Shown piece after piece: positions 47,800-56,260 of a stretch of 64,000 nucleotides of DNA. Origin of the DNA: Patescibacteria group bacterium (GTDB lineage: Bacteria; Patescibacteriota; Patescibacteriia; JAHJFT01); assembly GCA_028710985.1 (NCBI GenBank), contig JAQTTB010000001.1:295397-359396 (forward strand), written 5' to 3'. The notes beneath the pieces were generated by a model. The model ran no database searches. It saw only the letters and a list, made by a program, of their open reading frames with translations, and was not told the DNA's origin. A program made the translations under genes and the position numbers. How positions within the stretch are numbered: position 1 is the stretch's first letter; each line of letters starts with the position of its first letter.

Positions 47800-47855
47800 G
47801 GCTCTGTACAGTTAATCTCTAAGGGTGACTAAGGTTAACTATACCGAGGCGCATA

Positions 47856-47884
47856 CAAAAAACCGCCCAAAGGCGGTTTTGATA
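47856..47884. terminator. bidirectional intrinsic terminator AAAAAACCGCCCAAAGGCGGTTTTGA
   Basis: GC stem CCGCC/GGCGG flanked by A and T runs. It lies between divergent/convergent units. Confidence 0.55.
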
Positions 47885-47903
47885 ATTTTTATGATTAATA
47901 TAT

Positions 47904-48257
47904 CTATTCTGCCGGTTTGGGAAAAATCTTAATCTGCCCCAGGCGCTCCAGATCGGCTTGGTCAATTAGCCCGTGGCTTGCCATTATGCTAGTTTGTGTG
48001 TCTATTTTTTCTTCTAATTTTTTGTCCCGGACCACGGTTTCGCCAGATAAATCAGCGATTTTATCGGCCAAATAATCTCGGGTATCCATAATATCCTTTT
48101 TAGTTGCCATGGTTGAACGTATTTCTTTGATTTCTCCCTTAATACCGCCAATCTCTTCTCGCAATTCATCAAACTGCGGAGCAATGGTTTGCTCGTAAAA
48201 ATTGCCAAATTCTGTCCCGATTTTCTTTAAATCTTGGTCATCTAACATATAAAACAA
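47904..48257 (-). CDS. hypothetical coiled-coil protein
   Basis: 117 aa, charged and heptad-like. No motif recognised. Confidence 0.35.
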   Translation of the reverse strand: MFYMLDDQDLKKIGTEFGNFYEQTIAPQFDELREEIGGIKGEIKEIRSTMATKKDIMDTRDYLADKIADLSGETVVRDKKLEEKIDTQTSIMASHGLIDQADLERLGQIKIFPKPAE

Positions 48258-48340
48258 TTATAAACGCAATATTCCATGTCGTCAAATTATGTGTTATAAT
48301 TGCCTTATCAAGGGGAAAGGTTATCCCCAACGTCCGAGAA

Positions 48341-48796
48341 GCTCCAAATTCCAAACACCAAGCTCCAAATAAATTTCAATGGGCGAAATCCCAAAATCCA
48401 AACCCTATAATCTGGAAGAAAGAACCTTTGAATTTTCAAAGCAAGTAGCTGTTTTTTGCAAGAATTTACCCAAAACTCAAAGCAATTATGAGTATACCAG
48501 ACAGGTTATTCGATCTTCCGGATCGGTTGGTGCGAATTACATTGAAGCCAACGAAGCGTTAAGCAGCAAAGATTTCTTGATGAGAATTAAGATTTGCCGC
48601 AAGGAGGCAAAGGAAACCGCATATTGGATTGGCCTAATTATTGCGACAAACGACGCAGACCTCGAAAACGCCAAGCGACTATATGAAGAAGCCATTGAAT
48701 TAAAAAAGATATTTTCATCAATCGCAGAGAAAACAAAAAAAGTTTGAAATTTGGATTTTGGCATTTATTTGTAATTTGGTGCTTGTTATTTGGAGT
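48341..48796 (+). mobile_element. IVS-like cassette C: four-helix-bundle gene enclosed by CCAAA/TTTGG-type inverted repeats
   Basis: Left arm GCTCCAAATTCCAAACACCAAGCTCCAAATAAATTTCA (48341-48378) continues into the first codons (ATGGGCGAAATCCCAAAATCCAAA). Right arm AAATTTGGATTTTGGCATTTATTTGTAATTTGGTGCTTGTTATTTGGAG (48748-48796) is its imperfect reverse complement. Confidence 0.55.
48379..48747 (+). CDS. four-helix-bundle protein (23S rRNA intervening-sequence protein family)
   Basis: 122 aa. ...FEFSKQVAVFCKNLPKTQSNYEYTRQVIRSSGSVGANYIEANEALSSKDFLMRIKICRKEAKETAYWIGLI: the family pattern. Confidence 0.8.
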   Translation: MGEIPKSKPYNLEERTFEFSKQVAVFCKNLPKTQSNYEYTRQVIRSSGSVGANYIEANEALSSKDFLMRIKICRKEAKETAYWIGLIIATNDADLENAKRLYEEAIELKKIFSSIAEKTKKV

Positions 48797-48869
48797 TTAG
48801 AAAGTCAGTTCTTTAAAATAATAAAAAAAGCTCTATTAACAGAGCTTGCTAATTCATAAGAGAAATAAT

Positions 48870-51377
48870 ATGGCATTCCCATATACCCCGGCGGTTCAGG
48901 ATCCATCCTCTGCCGCTCCGGACAAGCCATTTTCGGCTCAGGCGCATGCCTCTGTCGGAATCGGCAAAGTCAAGCCAGCGGGGCAAAAGCGCACGTTAGG
49001 AGAAGCTTCAAGGCTTATCCGATTTTGCGATTTTGTCATCCGCTGGTCAATCTACCTGGCGGTTTTTTTAATTCCGCTCTGGTTTTTACCGTTCACTCAG
49101 GATGCCCTTGAGATAAACAAGCAGACCCTGCTTGTAATTCTCTCGGTTATCGCGCTTCTTGCCTGGTTCGGCCGCATGATGGCCTTGCGCCAGGTTGAGT
49201 TTAAGCGGACCGTCCTGAATCTCATCGTTGCTCTTTATGTTTTGGGTTACGGCATTGTCGCCTGGTTTTCCAGCGACCGGTATTTAAGTTTTGTTGGCAC
49301 CGGTACCCTTGAGCAGTTCAGTTTCTTGTCGGTTCTTGCCTTTGCCGTCATGTACTTTGTTATTTCAAACAACGTACGCGACCTTAAGTTCGTGCGCAAT
49401 ATTCTGTACACACTGGCTGGTGCGTTAACCCTAACCTCGTTCTTCGGCATTCTGCAGATGCTCGGCGCGTATATTTTGCCCTGGGATTTCGCGCGCGTCG
49501 TTACATTCAATACAATCGGCACGATCTATGCCCTGGGCATTTTCCAAGTTATTGGACTCCTCGTGATCAATGCCCTGATTCTCGTAATGTCCGGCGGCGG
49601 CGCGGTCTTTTGTCCGGCTGGGCGCTGCGGCATCGCGAGCAAAGTGCTTTTAATTATTGCCGCGGTCTTAAATCTCATTGGTTTAATACTGCTTGATTTC
49701 TGGATTGTTTGGGTTCTTCTGATTGTGGGATCAATAATCGTACTCGCGTTTGCAATTGTCCGCGCCGGCGAATTCCGGCCCGGCGCGCCGTTCATGCTGC
49801 CCATGCTGACGCTTGTGATCGCAGTCTTGCTTCTAATCGTTAATCTTCCGCTCGGCATCAATCTTCCTGCTGAAATCAGCCCATCAACCGGCGCGAGTTT
49901 TGAAATTGCCAAATCCGCGCTTCAGGAATCGCCGCTCGTTGGTTCGGGCCCCGGCACGTTTGGTTATGACTATACCAAATTTCACTCGTCGGCCGTTAAT
50001 GCCACGATTTTTTGGAATGTGATTTTTGACCGTGCCAACTCCCATGCGCTTACACTCCTTGCGACCACCGGTCTCATTGGTCTGATGCTCTGGCTCGTTT
50101 TGATTGCCGTGGCGGCGGTGCGCGCAATTATCAATTTGTTCCGCGACAACCGTGCGGAAATCTGGCGATATATTTTAGTTATCGGTTCAGTATTTATCAC
50201 GGTGATTGTGTCGCGCTTCCTTTATTCTTCAAACTTCGTCGGTGAATTCATATTTTGGCTGTTCCTCGGCCTCGTCGGCGCCCTGATTTCGCGCGAGTGG
50301 TTTCGCGCCGATTTCAAGATTTCGCCGCGCGCCGCGCTCACCATGAGCTTTGTGTTTATTATTCTCATTGTGGGGTCGGTCTCGTTGATATACCTCGCTT
50401 GTCAGCGCTACGCCGCCGAAGTTATATTTGTTCAGGCAATTAAACTTGATCAAAACCGCGGTTCGATTGATGATGTAATCACAAAACTGAATTCCGCCGT
50501 GCGTCTCAACCGCTACGAGGACACGTATCTCCGGAATCTGTCCAGCGCGGTTACGGCAAAATTTGCAAACGAAGTGAGCGGGCAGGTACCGCAGGAAAAA
50601 GCCACCTACGTGCAATCCCTCATTAATGATATGGTAAGTATCGCCAAGGCCGCGGCCGATTTGAATCCCGCGAACAGCGCCAACTGGGCGAATCTCGGCG
50701 CAACTTACCGTAGTCTCGTGCCGTATGTTCAGGGCTCGGGCGACGCGGCCAAGGTTGCCGAAGAAAAAGTAGTTGAACTCGCGCCGACCAACCCGGTGTC
50801 TTACATTGATCTTGCCATGACGCATATCGCGGTCGCGGATTTGAATTTGGCCCTCACCCAGTCCGAGGATGAAAAGATTGCGGCTGAAGCAAAAACCATT
50901 GTTACCGAAAATCTCGCCAGGGCCGAAGAACTCCTGAATAAAGCGATTGAACTGAAACAGGATTACGCACCGGCTCATTATCAACTCGCGCTTGTCTATG
51001 ACCGTCAGGGAAAACTCGCTGAGGCGATTGTAAAAATGGAGCAAGTTGCGGCCGCTAATACCGATGACGTTGGCGTGGCTTTCCAGCTTGGCATGCTTTA
51101 TCTCCGCAATAACGATAACGACAAGGCGCGGAACGCCCTTGAATACGCGGTCAAGCTTGTGCCGAGTTATTCCAATGCCCGCTGGTTCCTGGCCACGGTT
51201 TACGAAAATCTGAAGGATATACCCAAGGCCATTGAGCAGGTGGAAAAAGTGCTTGAGCTCAATCCGGATAACGCCACCATCAAACAGCGTCTGGATAACC
51301 TGAAGCAATACGGTACTTCTCAACCGCCGTCCATTCCCGAACCCGTGAAAGAAGGCACGGCCGCGCCGCAGCGATAA
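48870..51377 (+). CDS. O-antigen ligase/Wzy_C-like polytopic membrane protein with C-terminal TPR domain (paralog of 12587-14668)
   Basis: The ORF-track start at 48846 is a TTG; the first ATG is at 48870 (MAFPYT). More than 10 TM helices. C-terminal TPR repeats (AHYQLALVYDRQGKLAEAIVKMEQ...ARWFLATVYENLKDIPKAIEQVEKVLELNPDN). The fully overlapping antisense 401 aa ORF at 50229-51434 was rejected. Confidence 0.55.
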   Translation: MAFPYTPAVQDPSSAAPDKPFSAQAHASVGIGKVKPAGQKRTLGEASRLIRFCDFVIRWSIYLAVFLIPLWFLPFTQDALEINKQTLLVILSVIALLAWFGRMMALRQVEFKRTVLNLIVALYVLGYGIVAWFSSDRYLSFVGTGTLEQFSFLSVLAFAVMYFVISNNVRDLKFVRNILYTLAGALTLTSFFGILQMLGAYILPWDFARVVTFNTIGTIYALGIFQVIGLLVINALILVMSGGGAVFCPAGRCGIASKVLLIIAAVLNLIGLILLDFWIVWVLLIVGSIIVLAFAIVRAGEFRPGAPFMLPMLTLVIAVLLLIVNLPLGINLPAEISPSTGASFEIAKSALQESPLVGSGPGTFGYDYTKFHSSAVNATIFWNVIFDRANSHALTLLATTGLIGLMLWLVLIAVAAVRAIINLFRDNRAEIWRYILVIGSVFITVIVSRFLYSSNFVGEFIFWLFLGLVGALISREWFRADFKISPRAALTMSFVFIILIVGSVSLIYLACQRYAAEVIFVQAIKLDQNRGSIDDVITKLNSAVRLNRYEDTYLRNLSSAVTAKFANEVSGQVPQEKATYVQSLINDMVSIAKAAADLNPANSANWANLGATYRSLVPYVQGSGDAAKVAEEKVVELAPTNPVSYIDLAMTHIAVADLNLALTQSEDEKIAAEAKTIVTENLARAEELLNKAIELKQDYAPAHYQLALVYDRQGKLAEAIVKMEQVAAANTDDVGVAFQLGMLYLRNNDNDKARNALEYAVKLVPSYSNARWFLATVYENLKDIPKAIEQVEKVLELNPDNATIKQRLDNLKQYGTSQPPSIPEPVKEGTAAPQR

Positions 51378-51384
51378 AAATAAA

Positions 51385-51421
51385 AAAAGAGAGGCTTTAC
51401 CAAATATTGCCTCTCTTTTTG
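51385..51421 (+). terminator. intrinsic terminator AAAGAGAGGC..GCCTCTCTTTTT
   Basis: 10 bp stem with a T5 run, 8 nt after the stop. Confidence 0.55.
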
Positions 51422-51567
51422 TATTGACAATCAAGGCGCTTTACCCTAAAATACCATACATCACGGGCCGTTAGCTTCCGCCTTCGCTCTCGTTTTACTC
51501 GAGCTACGGCGGACAGGCAGCTGGTGTTCGTCTTGAAGCATATGCTATTAATTATAGTTTAATCAGT

Positions 51568-51640
51568 GGGCTCGTAGCTCAGTTGGTAGAGCGCCTCCAT
51601 GGCATGGAGGAGGTCAGGAGTTCGAGACTCCTCGGGTCCA
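51568..51640 (+). tRNA. tRNA-Ala (anticodon GGC)
   Basis: Folded by hand: acceptor stem GGGCTCG/CGGGTCC with the G3:U70 alanine identity pair; D-arm GCTCAGTTGGTAGAGC; anticodon stem CCTCC/GGAGG with loop ATGGCAT (U33, GGC, A37); T-arm GGAGTTCGAGACTCC; discriminator A. The 3' CCA is not encoded. A flanking inverted repeat AATCAGTG/CACTGATT extends the acceptor stem. Confidence 0.85.
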
Positions 51641-51774
51641 CTGATTAAATTATTTTTTATTCAATATTCGCTGAAGTAGGCATGCCTGTCCGCCGAAGTA
51701 CCGATAGCAATCGGGACGTAGGCGGAGAAGAGGTCACCCCGACATAACGTCGGGGTCGGGACCAAAATAATACT

Positions 51775-52362
51775 ATGCCCATTCCATCGCGCGAACTCGG
51801 CCGCCGTTCCATCCGGTTAAAAGGATATGATTATTCCCGACCCGGATTTTATTTTGTGACGCTTTGCACGTTTCAGAGAGTGTGTTTGTTTGGCGAAATA
51901 GTGGATGATCAGATGATTTTGAACAGGCTTGGTAAAATCATAATTGATGAATGGCGCAATATTCATAAGCGATACAGCGAAGTCGCTTTGGATAAATATA
52001 TTATAATGCCAAATCATATTCATGGAATTATTCAAATTAATGTAGGGGCGACCCTTGCGGTCGCCCCGAATAGGGCGGACCGTTCAGGCGCATGGGTCAG
52101 GGCAGGCGCAAGGCCTGCCCCTACAGCGCACGATATAAGTTTGGGAGATATTATAGGGTCATTCAAATCATTGTGCGTCAATGAATGGATAAAGAATAAT
52201 GCGAATGACCCGATTCGCCAGGCCGCAAATATTTGGCAGCGCAATTATTACGAACGCATTATCCGTACGTTAGCCGAATTATCAGAAACACGCAAATATA
52301 TTCAAGAAAATCCTATAAAATGGCAGGCGGATGACAATCATCCGGACAATTTTAAAAAATAA
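51775..52362 (+). CDS. IS200/IS605-family Y1 (HUH) transposase, REP-associated tyrosine transposase (RAYT)-like, with GC-rich palindromic insert in the HUH-Tyr linker
   Basis: 195 aa. HUH motif MPNHIHGII. Catalytic-Tyr region IWQRNYYERIIRT...YIQENPIKW is typical of TnpA_REP/IS200-like proteins. Residues about 90-120 (VGATLAVAPNRADRSGAWVRAGARPAPTAH) are encoded by two GC-rich hairpins. Confidence 0.65.
   Translation: MPIPSRELGRRSIRLKGYDYSRPGFYFVTLCTFQRVCLFGEIVDDQMILNRLGKIIIDEWRNIHKRYSEVALDKYIIMPNHIHGIIQINVGATLAVAPNRADRSGAWVRAGARPAPTAHDISLGDIIGSFKSLCVNEWIKNNANDPIRQAANIWQRNYYERIIRTLAELSETRKYIQENPIKWQADDNHPDNFKK
52045..52120. repeat. REP-like palindromes inside the RAYT ORF (GGGGCGACCCTTGCGGTCGCCCC at 52045-52067; GGGCAGGCGCAAGGCCTGCCC at 52100-52120)
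   Basis: Both are perfect 8-9 bp stem palindromes. They are much more GC-rich than the surrounding ORF, but they are in frame. Confidence 0.6.
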
Positions 52363-52367
52363 CCGTA

Positions 52368-52407
52368 GGGGCGACCCTTGCGGTCGCCCCGTATAGCGCG
52401 GTCGCCC
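52368..52407. repeat. REP-like palindrome GGGGCGACCCTTGCGGTCGCCCC (second copy) immediately 3' of RAYT stop, followed by partial third copy
   Basis: Identical 23-mer to 52045-52067. It starts 6 nt after the stop codon. GCGCGGTCGCCC follows. Confidence 0.6.
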
Positions 52408-52450
52408 AGATAAAAACATTGCGTCAATTTATTTATAATCACCCCATAAT

Positions 52451-53530
52451 ATGTCTCTCAAGGTCGGCATCGTCGGATTGCCAAATGTCGGAAAATCAAC
52501 CCTTTTCAAAGCGCTCACGCGCAAGAGCGTTGATATTGCGAATTATCCGTTCTGCACCATTGAACCCAATGTCGGGGTGGTTGAGGTGCCGGACGAGCGG
52601 CTCGCTCGCCTTGCCGCGGTTTCCAAGCCGGCGCGCATCGTGCCGGCCGTGATTGAATTCGTTGATATTGCCGGGCTCGTGGCCGGCGCGAGCCGGGGCG
52701 AAGGCCTGGGCAATAAATTTCTTTCGCATATCCGCGAGGTTGACGCCGTCTGCCAGGTGGTGCGCGTTTTCCGCGATCCCAACGTCACGCACGTGCATGA
52801 TAAAATCGATCCCAAGAACGACATTGAAATCATCAATACCGAGCTAATCATGGCGGATCTGGAGACAATAAAGCGCCGCGACGAAACCTTGGCCGCAAAA
52901 GCCAAAGCCGGCTTGAATCCGGCGCTGGAAAAAAGTATCGGTACTATTAAAAAAATAATCTCCGCGCTTGAACGCGGCGAGCTTGCGAATTCACTGGAGC
53001 TTGACGAAGAAGAGCGCGAATCCGTCTACGACCTGCACCTTCTCACCGCCAAGCCGTTTGTCTATGCCGTAAATTGCGACGAGGAGCAGATTAAAAATAA
53101 AAACTGGCAGCATGGACTGCCAGCGGGGCTTGAATACGTTCCATTTTGCGCCAAGCTTGAGGCCGAAATCGCCGATCTTCCGCCCGCCGAAGCCGGGGAT
53201 TTCGTCACTGCCCTGGGGTGGGAACACGGCTGCCTGGATTCATTGATTGTTTCCTGCTACAAAATTTTGGATCTCATTACATTTCTTACCACCGGGCCGG
53301 ATGAAACCCGCGCCTGGACGGTCCGCGCAGGGGCCAAGGCACCGGAAGCCGCCGGAGTGATTCACACGGATTTTGAAAAAGGATTCATCCGCGCCGAAGT
53401 CTGCGATTGGAAAAAATATGTTGAAGCCGGGAGCGAGGCCGCAGCCAAAGCCTCGGGCTGGGTGCGCACCGAAGGCAGAGACTATATCATCCAGGACGGC
53501 GACGTGTGTTATTTTCTCTGCAACAAATAA
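52451..53530 (+). CDS. ychF: ribosome-binding ATPase YchF (Obg-like ATPase)
   Basis: 359 aa. G1 motif GIVGLPNVGKSTLF. G3 DIAGLV. G4 NCDE (YAVNCDE, which is the YchF-specific form). C-terminal TGS domain. Confidence 0.9.
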   Translation: MSLKVGIVGLPNVGKSTLFKALTRKSVDIANYPFCTIEPNVGVVEVPDERLARLAAVSKPARIVPAVIEFVDIAGLVAGASRGEGLGNKFLSHIREVDAVCQVVRVFRDPNVTHVHDKIDPKNDIEIINTELIMADLETIKRRDETLAAKAKAGLNPALEKSIGTIKKIISALERGELANSLELDEEERESVYDLHLLTAKPFVYAVNCDEEQIKNKNWQHGLPAGLEYVPFCAKLEAEIADLPPAEAGDFVTALGWEHGCLDSLIVSCYKILDLITFLTTGPDETRAWTVRAGAKAPEAAGVIHTDFEKGFIRAEVCDWKKYVEAGSEAAAKASGWVRTEGRDYIIQDGDVCYFLCNK

Positions 53531-53531
53531 A

Positions 53532-54719
53532 TTAAATTTTTTTGAGTATCAGTATCTCCCGCCCCACGATTTGTCCGGGGCGAGAGTACAGAATAGTGTG
53601 GCGGATGGTCTGTTCCGGAAAAATTTGTCCATTTTCCACGATCGGGTTCACGATTTCAAAGCCCGATTTTTTTATTTCCCACAGAATATTAATAAAAATA
53701 TTGGTTTTTAGCATAAAGACCGGCGCAACTATGACCGCGCGCCCGGATTTTTTTAATATTTTGGCAAAAACCGAGAACATTTTGGCATAAAGCTTTTCAA
53801 GTTCGTTTTTTATTTTGCGGGCGTCGTTTTCCCGCACGCTCCGGCGAAGCGGGGGGCCGAGATAAGGCTCGGTTACAATAGCGCTGACGGAATTTGGCGC
53901 GATTTGTTTTTCAAGAAGCCGCGCGTCGCACGAAAAAAGCTGGATCTTCGCGTCGCGGGCGAGCATATCCTGGTCTTTGAGCCAGTTAAAATTTTTGCGC
54001 GTGTCTTCTATGGCTTTTTCGCTCACGTCCGAACCGATTACATTAAACCCCATGAGCGCGGCTTCCATGAGAATCGTGCCGGATCCGCAGAATGGATCAA
54101 GCAGTACGCCGGACTTGTCCGCGGCTGCGAGATTAATCATGATTTTCGCAAGCTTTGGCGGCATCATGCCCGCGAGCTCGTCTTTTGCCGGCCGGTCCCA
54201 GTCGCGCCGGGATAATTCTTCAAACGGCTGGCAGGTCACGGTTTTGCCGACGAGGATTGAATCATCAAATTTAAAACAATTCAATTCAACGCCACTCTTG
54301 TTCAAGATTTCTTTTTGGGCGATGACGCTTGAAAGCGCGGGTTCGCGCGAGGCAACGAGTCGCGCGCTCACGCCCGCGGACCGGAGCGCTTTTTTGACAG
54401 CTAGCGCGTCAAATTTAAAGCCGTAATTATTGACGCCAAAATTTAATTTTTTGATGCCCGACGAATCGGAGAGTAACCGCGTGAGATCCTGCGGCAGTGA
54501 GGCCGGATTTGATTCCAAAACAACTTGGCCGATTTTTACCGTACCGCCAAGCTGCTTCTGCAGGCCGGCCGGGTCAAGCGGGGATTGGGTTTCAACAATA
54601 AAAAATCCCGGGCCGTGCCGCCGTCCGGTAATCCGGCCGGCAAGTACGGATTCGATTTCCGCGGTGGATAAGGCCGCGTTCCGTCCGAGCATAAAGAAAT
54701 ATGCATTGGTCGTTTTCAT
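53532..54719 (-). CDS. THUMP-domain/UPF0020-type SAM-dependent RNA (or N6-adenine-type) methyltransferase
   Basis: 395 aa. SAM motif I LLDPFCGSGTILMEAA. Catalytic-loop motif MMPPKLA. The N-terminal ferredoxin-like/THUMP-like region precedes the MTase fold. Confidence 0.55.
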   Translation of the reverse strand: MKTTNAYFFMLGRNAALSTAEIESVLAGRITGRRHGPGFFIVETQSPLDPAGLQKQLGGTVKIGQVVLESNPASLPQDLTRLLSDSSGIKKLNFGVNNYGFKFDALAVKKALRSAGVSARLVASREPALSSVIAQKEILNKSGVELNCFKFDDSILVGKTVTCQPFEELSRRDWDRPAKDELAGMMPPKLAKIMINLAAADKSGVLLDPFCGSGTILMEAALMGFNVIGSDVSEKAIEDTRKNFNWLKDQDMLARDAKIQLFSCDARLLEKQIAPNSVSAIVTEPYLGPPLRRSVRENDARKIKNELEKLYAKMFSVFAKILKKSGRAVIVAPVFMLKTNIFINILWEIKKSGFEIVNPIVENGQIFPEQTIRHTILYSRPGQIVGREILILKKI

Positions 54720-55057
54720 ACTGTTATAAAAATTCTACATCAAATCCGAGTGTTTTGCGAGTTTTTTGCCAAAATGCGTCAAAAATCCGTGGGTCCGGGT
54801 GTCGGGAATAGTCTTCAACATTTGAAATTTGACGCTTATTTTAGCTAAATTTATAATATAATTAGGAATTGGCCAATTCCGAACAAGCGTTCTTTGACAA
54901 GAATTTCACGAGCTTTTGTCCGGCCGGCTCTTGACGGCCGGACATTTCCCCGCTAAAATAAGGTTACTTTATTAATTCTTAAGTCCATAGGGTCCAAAAG
55001 ACTCTTTTCGCGGTTCTCCCGATTGCGATCGGGATCGGGATACGCGGAACAAACACT

Positions 55058-55546
55058 ATGAACTACGAACTACTTTATATTATATCTGCGCAGTATACGG
55101 ACGACGAAGTGGCCGGTCTCAAAGACAAGGTCACCGCGGCGCTCCAGAAATCGCCGATTAATATATTAACCAACGAGAACCTGGGGAAGCTCAAGCTTGC
55201 ATATCCAATCAAGCACGCGCGCCACGGGTTTTATATTTTAGTTGAGTTTGAAACCGAACCCGCCGCGGTCCGCGGCCTTGAGCGCGAAATCCGCCTGATG
55301 CCCGAAGTGCTCCGCCATCAGCTTATTAGTCTCGGCGCAAAGCGTCCGAGCGATGAGGCGAGAAAGGCCATTAGAATGATTTCCTACGAAGAGCCGGAGC
55401 CGGATGCCGTGCGTGAGCCGGCGCCCCGATCCCGATCGCAATCGGGAGGGCCGAGAACCGCTCCGCGCCCCGCTCCGAAGAAAGTAAATCTCGAGGAGTT
55501 GGACAAAAAGCTTGATGAAATTCTTGAGAGCGACGTGAAAATCTAA
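55058..55546 (+). CDS. rpsF: 30S ribosomal protein S6 with C-terminal low-complexity extension
   Basis: [30 protein letters not shown]...[36 protein letters not shown] is the S6 fold pattern. It is first in an rpsF-ssb-rpsR operon. Confidence 0.85.
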   Translation: MNYELLYIISAQYTDDEVAGLKDKVTAALQKSPINILTNENLGKLKLAYPIKHARHGFYILVEFETEPAAVRGLEREIRLMPEVLRHQLISLGAKRPSDEARKAIRMISYEEPEPDAVREPAPRSRSQSGGPRTAPRPAPKKVNLEELDKKLDEILESDVKI

Positions 55547-55563
55547 GAAATCAACCCAAATAT

Positions 55564-55977
55564 ATGAATTTAAATAAAGCAATGATTATCGGGAATCTTA
55601 CCCGCGATCCCGAACTTCGCACCACTCCGAGCGGCGCTTCGGTCACTTCCTTCGGCGTCGCCACCAACCATACCTGGACTGACCAGCAGGGCAACCGCCA
55701 GGAAAAGGCTGAATACCACAACATTGTCGCCTGGGGCAAGCTCGCCGAAATCTGCTCGCAGTATCTTGCCAAGGGGCGCAAGGTTTATATCGAGGGGCGC
55801 CTGCAGACCCGCGACTGGGAAGGCCAGGACGGCGTCAAACGCTACCGCACCGAAATCGTGGCCGAGAACATGATTATGCTTGACCGCGGCCAGGGTCCGC
55901 GCGCGCCGGGCGAAGTTCAGAGTGAAGCGCCGGCCATGCCCGAAGAAGAGGTTAAAAAAGAAGACATTCCGTTTTAA
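55564..55977 (+). CDS. ssb: single-stranded DNA-binding protein
   Basis: 137 aa. OB-fold core [35 protein letters not shown]...[13 protein letters not shown]...[14 protein letters not shown]. Acidic C-terminal tail ending DIPF. Confidence 0.9.
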   Translation: MNLNKAMIIGNLTRDPELRTTPSGASVTSFGVATNHTWTDQQGNRQEKAEYHNIVAWGKLAEICSQYLAKGRKVYIEGRLQTRDWEGQDGVKRYRTEIVAENMIMLDRGQGPRAPGEVQSEAPAMPEEEVKKEDIPF

Positions 55978-55983
55978 AACAAT

Positions 55984-56211
55984 ATGGCAATCTCACAAAA
56001 ACCAAAAGAAGACCGGCGCTGCTATTTCTGCGCCAACAATTTTCCGGAAATTGATTATAAGGATACGCAGCTCCTGCGCCGTTTTATTTCGTCATATGGC
56101 AAGATTGTGCCGCGCCGCAAGAGTGGAGCTTGCTCCAAGCACCAGCGCCAGCTGGCCACGGCGATTAAACGGGCGAGGATAATGGCGCTCTTGCCTTTTG
56201 TCCCTAAGTAA
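55984..56211 (+). CDS. rpsR: 30S ribosomal protein S18
   Basis: 75 aa. [54 protein letters not shown] is the S18 signature. Confidence 0.9.
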   Translation: MAISQKPKEDRRCYFCANNFPEIDYKDTQLLRRFISSYGKIVPRRKSGACSKHQRQLATAIKRARIMALLPFVPK

Positions 56212-56220
56212 TTTTTTCCC

Positions 56221-56250
56221 AAAACCCCGCTTCTAACGAGGCGGGGTTTT
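56221..56250 (+). terminator. intrinsic terminator AAAACCCCGCTTCTAACGAGGCGGGGTTTT after rpsR
   Basis: 8 bp GC-rich stem with a T4 run, 10 nt after the rpsR stop. Confidence 0.6.
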
Positions 56251-56260
56251 GCTGTTATCT

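Noticed and set aside
50229-51434. 401 aa minus-strand ORF fully overlapping the 843 aa plus-strand gene
   Set aside because: The plus-strand product has coherent TM and TPR architecture. The minus-strand translation is low-complexity (G/R/F-rich) with no motifs. It is the typical antisense shadow ORF of a long gene.
51568-51640. Missing 3' CCA on tRNA-Ala considered as sign of a pseudo-tRNA
   Set aside because: Many bacteria add CCA post-transcriptionally. The cloverleaf, G3:U70 identity pair and all conserved positions are intact.
56249-56260. ORF-track start of the epmA-like gene at 56249 and of the waaL-like paralog at 48846
   Set aside because: Both are TTG codons. 56249 lies inside the rpsR terminator hairpin. 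First in-frame ATGs (56261; 48870) were preferred, with moderate confidence.
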